From Faecousia sp. (GTDB lineage Bacteria > Bacillota > Clostridia > Oscillospirales > Oscillospiraceae): a stretch of DNA of 64,000 nt. The translations under genes were made by a program, and so were the position numbers. The notes beneath the pieces were generated by a model. It did not search any database. It saw only the letters and a list, made by a program, of their open reading frames with translations, and was not told the origin of the DNA. Shown here in pieces: positions 37,302-46,480 of this stretch; positions within the stretch are counted from its first letter, which is position 1, and the number at the start of each line of letters is the position of its first letter. The stretch spans positions 8,054-72,053 of the forward strand of contig JAZRBN010000025.1 of assembly GCA_045635105.1 (NCBI GenBank), written 5' to 3'.

Positions 37302-38456
37302 ATGATTGACATTGAAATTCTGAATAAACTCAACGCACCCACCAAGGCGGAGCGCCTTAATAACCTTGCAGAGGTTCTGAAAACCGCAGTTTTCCCGCCT
37401 ATGGTGCCCCAGTACATTAATAACCATATTCATACCACCTATTCCTTCTCTCCCTATTCTCCCACAGCGGCAGTTTTCGCTGCCCGTATGGAGGGGCTGT
37501 GCACTGCCGGTATTATCGACCACGATTCCATTTCCGGCGCTGAGGAGTTTATTGAAGCTGCCAAAATGGTGGATATGCCTGTAACCATCGGTATGGAGGC
37601 CCGGGTGTCTATGGACGGAACCCGGCTGGAAGGTCGCCGTACCAATAATCCGGATCAGGTTGGCGTCAGCTATATGACTATCCAGTCTGTTCCTCATAAC
37701 AAGATTTCCGTGCTGACCGAGTTCTTTAAGCCCTATCAGGCCGCCCGCCACGCCCGTAACCGGAAAATGGTGGAGAAAATCAATGCGTTGGTAGGCGTGG
37801 AACTGGACTATGACCGGGATGTACTTCCCTTGTCCCTGGCTGCGGAAAACGGCGGCGTTACCGAGCGGCATCTGATGTATGCACTAGCAATTGAGCTGGT
37901 AAGGCAGGTAGGTAAGGGTCAGCCGATGATCGATAAGCTGACCGCTATGGGAATGACCCTTTCCGACAAGCAGAAGACTATGCTGCTGGATACGGAGTAT
38001 CCCTTCTATGAGTACGATGTGCTGGGTATGCTGAAAGGTACATTTGTGCCGAAAATCTATATTGATGCTACCGATGAATGTCCCAAGCTTTCCGATATGG
38101 TAAGGCTGTGCAAAGAGGTAGATGCCTACCTTTGTTATGCCTATTTGGGTGATGTGGGCGATTCCGTTACCGGCGATAAAAAGGCGCAGAAATTCGAGGA
38201 CGATTATTTGGACGATGTGTTCCTGTGCCTGCAAGAGGAGGGGGTAAAGGCAGTTACCTATATGCCTACCCGGAACACCCCTCAGCAGCTTTCCCGTTTG
38301 AGAGGGCTGTGCGACCGGTATGGTATGTTCCAAATCTCCGGCGAGGATATCAACACGCCCCGGCAGAGCTTTGTTATTAAGGCAATGGAAAATCCCCTGT
38401 TCCAGAATTTGATTGATGCCACCTGGAAGCTGATTGAACACGAAAAAAATACGTAA
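37302..38456 (+). CDS. PHP-domain metalloprotein of unknown function
   Basis: NNHIHT, IIDHDS, GME; C-terminal SGEDIN in place of GSDxH. Confidence 0.8.
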   Translation: MIDIEILNKLNAPTKAERLNNLAEVLKTAVFPPMVPQYINNHIHTTYSFSPYSPTAAVFAARMEGLCTAGIIDHDSISGAEEFIEAAKMVDMPVTIGMEARVSMDGTRLEGRRTNNPDQVGVSYMTIQSVPHNKISVLTEFFKPYQAARHARNRKMVEKINALVGVELDYDRDVLPLSLAAENGGVTERHLMYALAIELVRQVGKGQPMIDKLTAMGMTLSDKQKTMLLDTEYPFYEYDVLGMLKGTFVPKIYIDATDECPKLSDMVRLCKEVDAYLCYAYLGDVGDSVTGDKKAQKFEDDYLDDVFLCLQEEGVKAVTYMPTRNTPQQLSRLRGLCDRYGMFQISGEDINTPRQSFVIKAMENPLFQNLIDATWKLIEHEKNT

Positions 38457-38471
38457 TTGGAGGTTAATTAT

Positions 38472-39731
38472 ATGAACACCAAGGCTGTAAGAATCTATGG
38501 TAAGCAGGACCTGCGGCTGGAAGAATTCCCCCTGCCCGAGGTTGGTCCCGATGATGTGCAGATTCGGGTAATTTCCGACTCTGTTTGTATGTCCACCTAT
38601 AAGGCTGCCCTGGAAGGCGGCGACCACAAGCGCGTTCCCGATGACTGCGCCACCAACCCTACTATCGTGGGCCACGAGTTCTGCGGTGATATCGTAGCCG
38701 TTGGCGAAAACTGGAAGCATAAGTATAAGGTTGGCGACAAGTTTGCCATTCAGCCAGCCCATTATTACAAGGGCTCTCAGATGGCTCCCGGCTACTCCTA
38801 TAAATACTGCGGCGGCTCTGCCACCTACGGCAATGTGCCCATCGAAACCCTGCTGACTGATTGCCTGCTGCCTTACTCTGCCGATGCTTACTTCTACGGC
38901 TCTTTGGCAGAGCCTATCAGCTGTGTGGTTGGTACTTTCCACGCAATGTATCACACCAAGGCCGGCTCCTATGTCCACGAGATGGGTATTAAGGAGGGCG
39001 GTAAGATGGCGATGCTGGCATCCGTCGGTCCTATGGGCCTGGGCGCTATTGACTATGCTCTGCACTGCGACCGTCGTCCCAGCCTGCTGGTTGTTACCGA
39101 TATCGATGATGCCCGTTTGGAGCGCGCCGCTTCTATCTACACCGTAGAGGAAGCCAAGAAGCAGGGCATTGAGCTGCACTATGTCAACACCAAGATGGAA
39201 GGCGCAACCGAGTATCTGCGGTCCTTGACCGGCGGCACCGGCTATGATGATGTGATTTGCTTCGCCCCTGTAAAGCCCCTGATCGAGCAGGCTGGCGATA
39301 TTCTGGGCTATGACGGCTGTTTGAACTTCTTTGCCGGTCCTACCGATCCTCAGTTTAAGGCTCCCTTCAACTGGTACAATGTGCACTATCTGTACACCCA
39401 CGTGGTGGGCACCTCCGGCGGTAACAACGACGACCTGCGCGAGGCCATTGAAATGATGAGCGCCGGCAAGCTGAATCCCGCTGCGCTGGTTACCCACATT
39501 GGTGGTCTGAATGCCGTTGTGGATACGGTTTTGAATCTGCCCTCCATTCCCGGTGGCAAGAAGCTGATCTATAACCATATTGAGCTGCCGCTGACCGCTA
39601 TTGCAGACTTTGAGGAGCTGGGCAAGACCGATCCTCTGTTTGCGGAGCTGGACCGCATCTGCAAGGCGCATAACAACCTGTGGAGCGCCGAGGCAGAGAA
39701 ATATCTGCTGGCCAACGCCAAGTCCAACTAA
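38472..39731 (+). CDS. Zn-dependent MDR, L-sorbose-1-phosphate reductase (SorE)-like
   Basis: SDSVCMSTYK, GHEFCG, LAEPISC, GPMG, DGCLNFFAGP, VGTSGG, THIGGL, PGGKKLIY. Confidence 0.85.
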   Translation: MNTKAVRIYGKQDLRLEEFPLPEVGPDDVQIRVISDSVCMSTYKAALEGGDHKRVPDDCATNPTIVGHEFCGDIVAVGENWKHKYKVGDKFAIQPAHYYKGSQMAPGYSYKYCGGSATYGNVPIETLLTDCLLPYSADAYFYGSLAEPISCVVGTFHAMYHTKAGSYVHEMGIKEGGKMAMLASVGPMGLGAIDYALHCDRRPSLLVVTDIDDARLERAASIYTVEEAKKQGIELHYVNTKMEGATEYLRSLTGGTGYDDVICFAPVKPLIEQAGDILGYDGCLNFFAGPTDPQFKAPFNWYNVHYLYTHVVGTSGGNNDDLREAIEMMSAGKLNPAALVTHIGGLNAVVDTVLNLPSIPGGKKLIYNHIELPLTAIADFEELGKTDPLFAELDRICKAHNNLWSAEAEKYLLANAKSN

Positions 39732-39738
39732 ATTGAGC

Positions 39739-39771
39739 ATTAAGCGCTCCGGTTTTTCCGGAGCGCTTAAT
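39739..39771 (+). other. 14-bp hairpin without a U-tract between the sugar operon and the reductase gene
   Basis: ATTAAGCGCTCCGG-TTTTT-CCGGAGCGCTTAAT. Confidence 0.6.
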
Positions 39772-39802
39772 TGGAATATAGAATGTGAAAGGTGAATTGT
39801 AA

Positions 39803-41866
39803 ATGGATCAGAAATACAATGCGTTATTTACCCCCTGGAAAGTGGGCAATGTGGAGATCAAGAACAGAATTGTAATGTGTCCTATGGGCGGCACTTCTCT
39901 GTTTGGCTGGTTTGAACTGACCGGCTGTAAATTTGACAAAGAAGCGGCAAAGTTCTTTCTGGAACGGGCGCAGAATAATGTAGGTCTGATTATCCCCGGC
40001 ATTGCCCCTCTGCGGGATACCTTCTGGGGCAAATGGCTGTGGCAGAATCCCAAGATGTTTGAGGATTTGAAGGAGTTTATGGAGGAAATCCATAAAACCG
40101 GCGCCAAGCTGTTTATCCAGCTGACTGCCGGTATGGGCCGCAGCTGGGCTATCACGGAGCTGATTGCGCCTATGCACAAGAATAAATTCACCCGCGCTGT
40201 TTTGAAACCCATTCTGGACACCAGCCACGAGCTGGCAAGTCCGTCGCCCCTGCCTTCCCGTTGGGACCCGGAGATTACCACGCCCGAGATGACCAAGAAG
40301 CAGATTCACGAGATTATCGAGGCCTTTGCCAAGACCGCCAAGCTCTGCAAGGATGCCGGCGTGGATGGCGTAGAGGTTCACGCGGTACACGAAGGTTATC
40401 TTTTGGACCAGTTTACAATGGAGTGGACCAACCACCGTACCGATGAATACGGCGGTTCTTTTGAGAACCGTTACCGCTTCCCCGTGGAAGTGGTGCAGGC
40501 CATTAAGGCAGCCTGCGGCGAGGATTTCCCTGTATCTCTGCGGTATTCTGTTGAGTCCAAGGTCAAGGGCTTCCGGGAGGGCGCAGTGCCTGGCGAAACC
40601 TATACTGAGGTGGGCCGGAATATGGCAGAATCGGAAAAGGCAGCCAAGTATTTGCAGGATGCCGGCTACGATATGCTCAATGCGGATAACGGCACCTATG
40701 ACTCCTGGTACTGGGCGCATCCGCCTATGTATATGCCCCAGAACTGTAATTTGGACGATGTGGCGCATATTAAGAAGTTTGTGGATATTCCCGTAGTCTG
40801 TGCCGGCAGAATGGAGCCGGAGGATGGCGCGAAGGCCATTGCTGAGGGTCGCATCGATGCCATGGGCGTTGCCCGGCAGTTCCTTGCAGACCCCGCCTGG
40901 ATTACCAAGCTGATAGAGGATCGCTTGGAGGATATTAAGCCCTGTATCTGCTGCCATTCCGGCTGCTTCAATTTCTCCTCCTCCAAGGGCCACGCCAATA
41001 CCCAGGATCTCAGCGATACCATGGGCCTTGCCCGTTGCGCTGTCAATGCCCAGACTATGCAATCCACCAAGCACTATATTGCTCCTGCCAAAAAGCAGAA
41101 AAACATCGCTGTCATCGGCGGTGGTATCGGCGGTATGGAAACTGCCATTGTCTGCGCCAAGCGGGGACATAAGGTAACCCTGTATGAAAAGAGCGGTGAG
41201 CTGGGCGGTGTGTTTATTGCCGCGGCTGCTCCCTCTTTCAAGGAGAAGGACAGAGCGCTGATTGCCTGGTATCGCCGTGAAATTGCCAATTATCCTGCTA
41301 TCACAGTAAAATTAAACACTGAGGTTACGGACATTGCCTCCCTGGGCGCTGATGAGGTGGTCATTGCCACCGGCTCCAAGGCGAACCGGATTCCCGTTCC
41401 CGGCGCCCAAAAGGGTATTCAGGCAGTGGACTTCCTGCTGGGCAAGGCAGAGGTTGGGCAGAATGTGGTGATTGTAGGCGGTGGACTTACCGGCTGCGAG
41501 ATTGCCTATGAACTGTACCTGCAAGGCAAGAAGCCTGTTATCGTGGAGATGATGGACGATCTGATTTGCACCCCCGGCATCTGCCTGGCAAACACCAGCT
41601 TCCTGCGGGACTTCTTTAAGGCAAATAATGTTCCTGTGTATCTGGAACACAGCCTTGCTGAAATCGAGGACGGCACTGTGCTGATTCGGGATAAGGTAGG
41701 CGCTAAGCAGAGAATTGCCGCTGACAGTGTGATTCTCTCCACCGGCTACAAGCCCCAGCCCCTTGCTGAAAAGGCGAAACACGTGCATCTTGTGGGTGAT
41801 TGCCACAAGGTCGGCAACCTGCGGACTGTTATTTGGCAGGCGTGGGATGTGGCAATGAAACTGTAA
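39803..41866 (+). CDS. 2-enoate reductase-type OYE flavoenzyme (FMN barrel, [4Fe-4S], FAD/NAD domains)
   Basis: KNRIVMCPM, HAVHEGYLLDQF, NHRTDEYGGSFENR, CICCHSGC...C, two GxGxxG sites. Confidence 0.88.
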   Translation: MDQKYNALFTPWKVGNVEIKNRIVMCPMGGTSLFGWFELTGCKFDKEAAKFFLERAQNNVGLIIPGIAPLRDTFWGKWLWQNPKMFEDLKEFMEEIHKTGAKLFIQLTAGMGRSWAITELIAPMHKNKFTRAVLKPILDTSHELASPSPLPSRWDPEITTPEMTKKQIHEIIEAFAKTAKLCKDAGVDGVEVHAVHEGYLLDQFTMEWTNHRTDEYGGSFENRYRFPVEVVQAIKAACGEDFPVSLRYSVESKVKGFREGAVPGETYTEVGRNMAESEKAAKYLQDAGYDMLNADNGTYDSWYWAHPPMYMPQNCNLDDVAHIKKFVDIPVVCAGRMEPEDGAKAIAEGRIDAMGVARQFLADPAWITKLIEDRLEDIKPCICCHSGCFNFSSSKGHANTQDLSDTMGLARCAVNAQTMQSTKHYIAPAKKQKNIAVIGGGIGGMETAIVCAKRGHKVTLYEKSGELGGVFIAAAAPSFKEKDRALIAWYRREIANYPAITVKLNTEVTDIASLGADEVVIATGSKANRIPVPGAQKGIQAVDFLLGKAEVGQNVVIVGGGLTGCEIAYELYLQGKKPVIVEMMDDLICTPGICLANTSFLRDFFKANNVPVYLEHSLAEIEDGTVLIRDKVGAKQRIAADSVILSTGYKPQPLAEKAKHVHLVGDCHKVGNLRTVIWQAWDVAMKL

Positions 41867-41878
41867 AGGAGAACGGCT

Positions 41879-43159
41879 ATGATTTTAACACAAGAGCAGC
41901 AGGAAATCTTAAACGGCTCCAAGGGCGAAATCCAGGCGAAGGTGATGAAAACCCTGGTGATGTACGGCGAGGCGTTCGGCGCTGACAAAATGGTGCCGGT
42001 AACTTCCCAATATAATCATTTGGTAACTTCCTTTGGCCTGAAAATGATGGGCCCTGTGTTTGACTTAATGCAGCAGCTCATTGACGGCGGCGCAATTTCT
42101 CAGCAGAAATTCTCTGTTGACCCCAGACCCCTGGATAAGAATGTGCCTGCAAACTTCCTGCAAAGCTTTATTTTCAACAATTTTATGTACTCCAAGCAGG
42201 CAGATTATGAGCGCCAGCTGAAAGAATTGGGTCTTGTGGAGGACGATGCTTTCACATGCGCCTGTTATTTGGACCAGGTGGGTAATAAGCCGAAAAAGGG
42301 TGATATTCTCAGCTGGGCAGAGTCCTCTGCGGTGGTGTATGCCAACTCCGTTTTGGGCGCCCGGTGCAACCGCAATTCCGGCATTATGGACATTATGGGC
42401 TCGATTGCCGGCTTTGTGCCGTCCTTTGGTCTGCTTACCGATGAGGGCCGAAAGGCAACCTGGATCGTAAAGGTGCAGACCACCAAGAAGCCCGAGGCGC
42501 AGCTGCTGGGCTCTGCCATCGGTATGAAGGTGATGGAGGATGTGCCTTACATTGTTGGTCTTGATCAGTATCTGGGAACGGAGCTGAATGATGCCGCCTG
42601 CGCTTACTTAAAGGACTTCGGCGCAGCCACCGCCTCCAACGGTGCGGTGGGTCTGTACCATATAGAAAATCTGACCCCCGAGGCTGTGGAACAGGGAACT
42701 ACTCTGGTAGCCGAGGGCGCAAAGGAATACATCATTGACGATGCCGAGCTGGAGCGGGTGAAAAATGAGTATCCCATCATCTGGAAAAACAAGGATGCCA
42801 AGCCCAAGCTGTGCTTTGTGGGCTGTCCCCATATGTCCTTGCAGCAGCTGATTGACTGGACAGTCCGTGTGGAGGAAGGCTTGTCAGCCTCCAATCTTAA
42901 AAAGGTGGCAATTCCCACAGTGTTTACCACCGCACCGGCAGTGAAGAAGGAATTTGAAGCTACCGAATATGCCGCAAGACTGGAAAAGACCGGTGTGATT
43001 CTGTCCTACATCTGTCCTCTTATGTATATGAATAACCCCCTTGCCGGCAAGATGCCTGTGATTACCTGCTCCAATAAGCTGCGTACTTACACCACCGCCC
43101 GGTATTATACGGAAGAGGAAATCCTTGCAAGGATTACCAAAGGAGGGGCTGCAAAATGA
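41879..43159 (+). CDS. Aconitase X large (catalytic Fe-S) subunit, DUF521
   Basis: M.LT.EQ..IL.G..G start, FTCACY, WAESSAVVYANSVLGAR.NR, GAA.AS.GAV.LYHI...TPEA, GCPH, ICP. Confidence 0.88.
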   Translation: MILTQEQQEILNGSKGEIQAKVMKTLVMYGEAFGADKMVPVTSQYNHLVTSFGLKMMGPVFDLMQQLIDGGAISQQKFSVDPRPLDKNVPANFLQSFIFNNFMYSKQADYERQLKELGLVEDDAFTCACYLDQVGNKPKKGDILSWAESSAVVYANSVLGARCNRNSGIMDIMGSIAGFVPSFGLLTDEGRKATWIVKVQTTKKPEAQLLGSAIGMKVMEDVPYIVGLDQYLGTELNDAACAYLKDFGAATASNGAVGLYHIENLTPEAVEQGTTLVAEGAKEYIIDDAELERVKNEYPIIWKNKDAKPKLCFVGCPHMSLQQLIDWTVRVEEGLSASNLKKVAIPTVFTTAPAVKKEFEATEYAARLEKTGVILSYICPLMYMNNPLAGKMPVITCSNKLRTYTTARYYTEEEILARITKGGAAK

Positions 43160-43599
43160 GAGAATTTAAGGGTCGCATTGTTACCCCCGGCACGGTAAGC
43201 GCGCCTGCTGTTGTAAGCCACGGAGGACTCAATACCCTGGCATCATTTCAAAAGGCTTTGCAATTCGGTGATAAAAAGGCCACCTGTGGTGATCAGAACA
43301 ATCCGGATTTATACGGCAAGGAGATGGCTGGAAAGGCGCTGTGCCTGCCGCAGACCATCGGCTCTACCACCGGCGGTATGGTGCTGTACTGCGCCTGCGC
43401 AATGCAGCGGCAGCCGGCTTGTATGCTGTTTAGTAATCCCATCGACTCCCTGGCAGCAGCCGGTTCGATTTTGGCATCGGTGTGGCTGGACGGAGCGAAA
43501 ATGCCAGTTATTGACTGTCTTGGCGAGGAATTTTTGAATTTCGTACAGGACGGTATGACCGTTACGGTTTTAGATGATGGCACAGTTCGCGTAGAGTAA
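43156..43599 (+). CDS. Aconitase X small (swivel) subunit, DUF126
   Basis: FKGR....G....A.VS, LYG..MAGK.L..P...GSTTG; ATGA overlap with the large subunit. Confidence 0.88.
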   Translation: MREFKGRIVTPGTVSAPAVVSHGGLNTLASFQKALQFGDKKATCGDQNNPDLYGKEMAGKALCLPQTIGSTTGGMVLYCACAMQRQPACMLFSNPIDSLAAAGSILASVWLDGAKMPVIDCLGEEFLNFVQDGMTVTVLDDGTVRVE

Positions 43600-43600
43600 T

Positions 43601-43632
43601 AAAAAAGAGGACTGCTGAGCAGTCCTCTTTTT
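43601..43632. terminator. Bidirectional terminator
   Basis: AAAAAAGAGGACTGC-TGA-GCAGTCCTCTTTTT. Confidence 0.88.
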
Positions 43633-43638
43633 TATTTA

Positions 43639-44646
43639 TTACAGCAGGGGAATTCCTGCTTTATTACATTCGTTTACAGTCTGTTCGTCCCAAACGCTGG
43701 ATTGTACTTCACCGATGTGGGCGCAGCCAAGCATCAGCATAGCAAGTCTTGACTGACCGATACCGCCGCCAATGGTCAGCGGCAACTGGTTGTTCAGAAG
43801 CATTGAATGGAAGGGTAGCGTTCTGCGGTCATTACAGCCGGAGAGGTTTAGCTGTCTGTCAAGAGACTCTGCGTCTACGCGAATTCCCATAGAGGAGATT
43901 TCCAGCGCCCTTTGCAGCTGCTCATCCCAGAAGAAAATGTCGCAGTTGAGCTGCCAGTCGTCATAGTCCGGCGCGCGGCCACCGTGGGGCTTGCCGGAGC
44001 GGAGCTTGCCGCCGATTTGCATAATGCAGGCGGTGTGGTGCTCCTTCACATAGGCATTCTCCCGGGCGTTTCCGTCCAGCTCGGGGTACAGATCTTCCAG
44101 CTCCTGGGTGGTTACAAAGCTTACCTCTCGGCTCAGCTCTGTGCGAATTTGGGGGAAGCGCACGTGCAGCCGGTCATTGGTATCGCAGATGGCGCGGACA
44201 ATGGCATTTACAATGAGCTTTAAGTAGTCAATGTTCCGGTTTTCGGCGGAAATCACCTTTTCCCAGTCCCACTGGTCCACATAAATGGAGTGAATATTGT
44301 CCAGGTCTTCGTCCCGGCGAATGGCGTTCATATCCGTATACAGACCCTGCCCCATACCAAAACCATACCGTTTCAGCGCCAGGCGCTTCCACTTGGCAAG
44401 GGAATGCACCACCTCGGCATCCATTCCCACCGCGGGAATATCAAAGCTGACGGGACGCTCATAGCCATTAAGGTTATCGTTCAGACCGGACGCGTCGGTA
44501 ACGAACAGGGGAGCAGACACCCGCTTTAAGTTCAGCGCGCCGGAAAATTCCTCCTGAAAGGCTTGCTTTATGTAGGCGATGGCCCGTTGGGTTTCATAGG
44601 CATCCAGCGGAGGGCGGTAGCCTTTGGGAATATAAATCTGGTTCAT
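43639..44646 (-). CDS. asnA: Aspartate--ammonia ligase
   Basis: GLNDNLNG.ERPV, HSLAKWKR, YVDQWDWE, RAPDYDDW, TIGGGIGQSR. Confidence 0.96.
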   Translation of the reverse strand: MNQIYIPKGYRPPLDAYETQRAIAYIKQAFQEEFSGALNLKRVSAPLFVTDASGLNDNLNGYERPVSFDIPAVGMDAEVVHSLAKWKRLALKRYGFGMGQGLYTDMNAIRRDEDLDNIHSIYVDQWDWEKVISAENRNIDYLKLIVNAIVRAICDTNDRLHVRFPQIRTELSREVSFVTTQELEDLYPELDGNARENAYVKEHHTACIMQIGGKLRSGKPHGGRAPDYDDWQLNCDIFFWDEQLQRALEISSMGIRVDAESLDRQLNLSGCNDRRTLPFHSMLLNNQLPLTIGGGIGQSRLAMLMLGCAHIGEVQSSVWDEQTVNECNKAGIPLL

Positions 44647-44722
44647 AGCAGCATCATCCTTTCGCTATGGGGCATATATCCTATATTCTATTCATTTTTA
44701 AGAGAAAATCAAGTAAAAAATT

Positions 44723-44744
44723 CGGGAGTGCATCTGCACTCCCG
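44723..44744 (-). terminator. Terminator after htrA
   Basis: CGGGAGTGCA-TC-TGCACTCCCG with upstream A-run (U-tract on minus strand). Confidence 0.6.
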
Positions 44745-44748
44745 TTGG

Positions 44749-46011
44749 TTATTGTCCGGAGCCCCAGGGATATTGGGGTCTTTGGCTTTGGGTCTGGTTC
44801 TGCGTTTGCTCCTGGACGGACTGAATTTTCTCGCCAACAGTAAGGCTCAGCTCCAAAGTGCTGCCTTGGCGGTATACCGTAAGAGCCAGAATATCTCCCA
44901 CAGCGGCATTGCTCACGATACTGACAAGGTCGCTGCTTCCGGTGATTGCTTTGCCATTTAAGTGAGTAATGATGTCATTTACCTTTAATCCGGCAGCAGC
45001 GGCAGGGCCGTTTTCGTCCAGCTCTTTGACTGCCGCGCCCTGGGGCAGGCCGTAGCTTTGGGTTTCTGAGCTGACTGTAATGACGGAAACGCCGATATAG
45101 GGATTGGACACATACCCTTTTTCAATGATGCTTTCGGCAATGCTTCTGGCTTTGTTGATGGGGATGGCAAAGCCGATGTTATCAATGGATGCCTCGGAGG
45201 AGGAATTGCTGGAATACTTGGCGTTGGTAATACCGATGACCTCGCCGTAGAGATTAAACAGCGCGCCGCCGGAATTGCCGGAGTTGATGGCGCAGTCGGT
45301 TTGCATCAGGCGCATAGTGCTGCCGGTGGACATAGTGATCTCCCGATCCTTGGCGCTGATAGCACCGGAGGTGAGGGAGAAGGTCAGCTCTCCAAGGGGG
45401 TTGCCGATGGCAACCACACTGTCGCCTACATTGATATTGTCGGAATTGCCCAGCACCACGGGGACAAGCTTTTCTGCTTCAATTTTTAACACAGCCACAT
45501 CATTGCGCTCATCGTAGCCGATAAGCGCTGCGCTGTAAGAGCTTCCGTCGTAGAGGGAAACGGTGATGGAATCGGAATCCTCCACCACGTGGTAATTGGT
45601 AAGAATATAGCCGTCGGCGGTAATGATGAATCCGGAGCCGGAGGCAGCAGAGGTGGTTTGATAGCCCCAGAAATTGGTGGTGATGGAGGTGGTGATACCC
45701 ACGGTGGAATTCACATTAGCGGCATAGACCTCTGCCTGGGTCATCAGCTTTCCGGTTTCTATTTTTGTAACATCCAGGGTGATGTTCTCCCGGTTGCCCT
45801 CCAAAAGGGTGGACACATTTGCCTGACCGTTTCCCTGCATCTGCGCTTGCTGAGTGCCAAGACGCATAGCTCCCGCGCCAAAGACACCGCCCAGCAAGCT
45901 GCATACCAGCGCAATGGCGATGACCTTTCCTGCGCCAAGCCCTGTTTTCTCCTTCTTAGGCGGAATGTACGGGTAATCGGAGCTCCAAGGAAATTGGTTG
46001 TTATCGTTCAT
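44749..46011 (-). CDS. htrA: HtrA/DegP-family membrane serine protease with one PDZ domain
   Basis: GSGFII, TNYHVV, DVAVLK, QTDCAINSGNSGG; true start ATG 46011 after the GAAAGGAG RBS. Confidence 0.9.
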   Translation of the reverse strand: MNDNNQFPWSSDYPYIPPKKEKTGLGAGKVIAIALVCSLLGGVFGAGAMRLGTQQAQMQGNGQANVSTLLEGNRENITLDVTKIETGKLMTQAEVYAANVNSTVGITTSITTNFWGYQTTSAASGSGFIITADGYILTNYHVVEDSDSITVSLYDGSSYSAALIGYDERNDVAVLKIEAEKLVPVVLGNSDNINVGDSVVAIGNPLGELTFSLTSGAISAKDREITMSTGSTMRLMQTDCAINSGNSGGALFNLYGEVIGITNAKYSSNSSSEASIDNIGFAIPINKARSIAESIIEKGYVSNPYIGVSVITVSSETQSYGLPQGAAVKELDENGPAAAAGLKVNDIITHLNGKAITGSSDLVSIVSNAAVGDILALTVYRQGSTLELSLTVGEKIQSVQEQTQNQTQSQRPQYPWGSGQ

Positions 46012-46144
46012 AAGGCTACACTCCTTTCTGTATGTGGATAGTTTACCGCACTTTGCTAAATCAATGCTGAATTTATAAAGAACGAACTGTGAATATTTGG
46101 TAAAAGAAAAATGACATTTTTGTGTATGAGATGTACGCCTGCGC

Positions 46145-46173
46145 TTGACAAATGTAATCGTGTGTGTTACAAT
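46145..46173 (+). promoter_or_regulatory. Sigma-A promoter of the T-box leader
   Basis: TTGACA-17nt-TACAAT. Confidence 0.8.
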
Positions 46174-46179
46174 ACCCCA

Positions 46180-46443
46180 AACCGATGAGGAAGAGTGAGT
46201 AGGTTTTGCTTCCTTTCTTTCAGAGAGTCGCAGGCGGTGGGATTGCGGCAGAAAGCGTAAGATTGAATGGACTTCCGAGGGCAAGCGGAACGGGGAAACC
46301 TTAGTATGTGCGCCGGAGATGACCCTCCGTCAGCAAAGGTCAGCATATGGTAGTATGCGTTAAGTGGGCGCGAAAAGCGTCAAGCCGGGTGGCACCGCAG
46401 GATTTTTCATCCTGTCCCAGCTCAAAACTGGGGCAGGATTTTT
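46180..46443 (+). ncRNA. Trp-specific T-box riboswitch
   Basis: AGTAG/CAGAGAG and GGTGGGA stem-I motifs, specifier GAA-TGG-A (TGG at 46268-46270), T-box GGGTGGCACCGC (46387-46398), terminator ATCCTGTCCCAG/CTGGGGCAGGAT-TTTT. Confidence 0.9.
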
Positions 46444-46480
46444 GTATTTCCGCCCCGCAGTTTGGAAAGGAGCATATACA

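Noticed and set aside
39803-41866. OYE as bile-acid BaiCD/BaiH or bilirubin reductase
   Set aside because: No other bai genes nearby; active-site segment is HAVHEGY (enoate-reductase type), not the HGDR reported for BilR
46012-46480. N-terminal extensions of htrA (to 46284) and trpB2 (from 46364), plus small ORFs here
   Set aside because: They overlap the promoter and T-box; good RBSs support starts at 46011 and 46481
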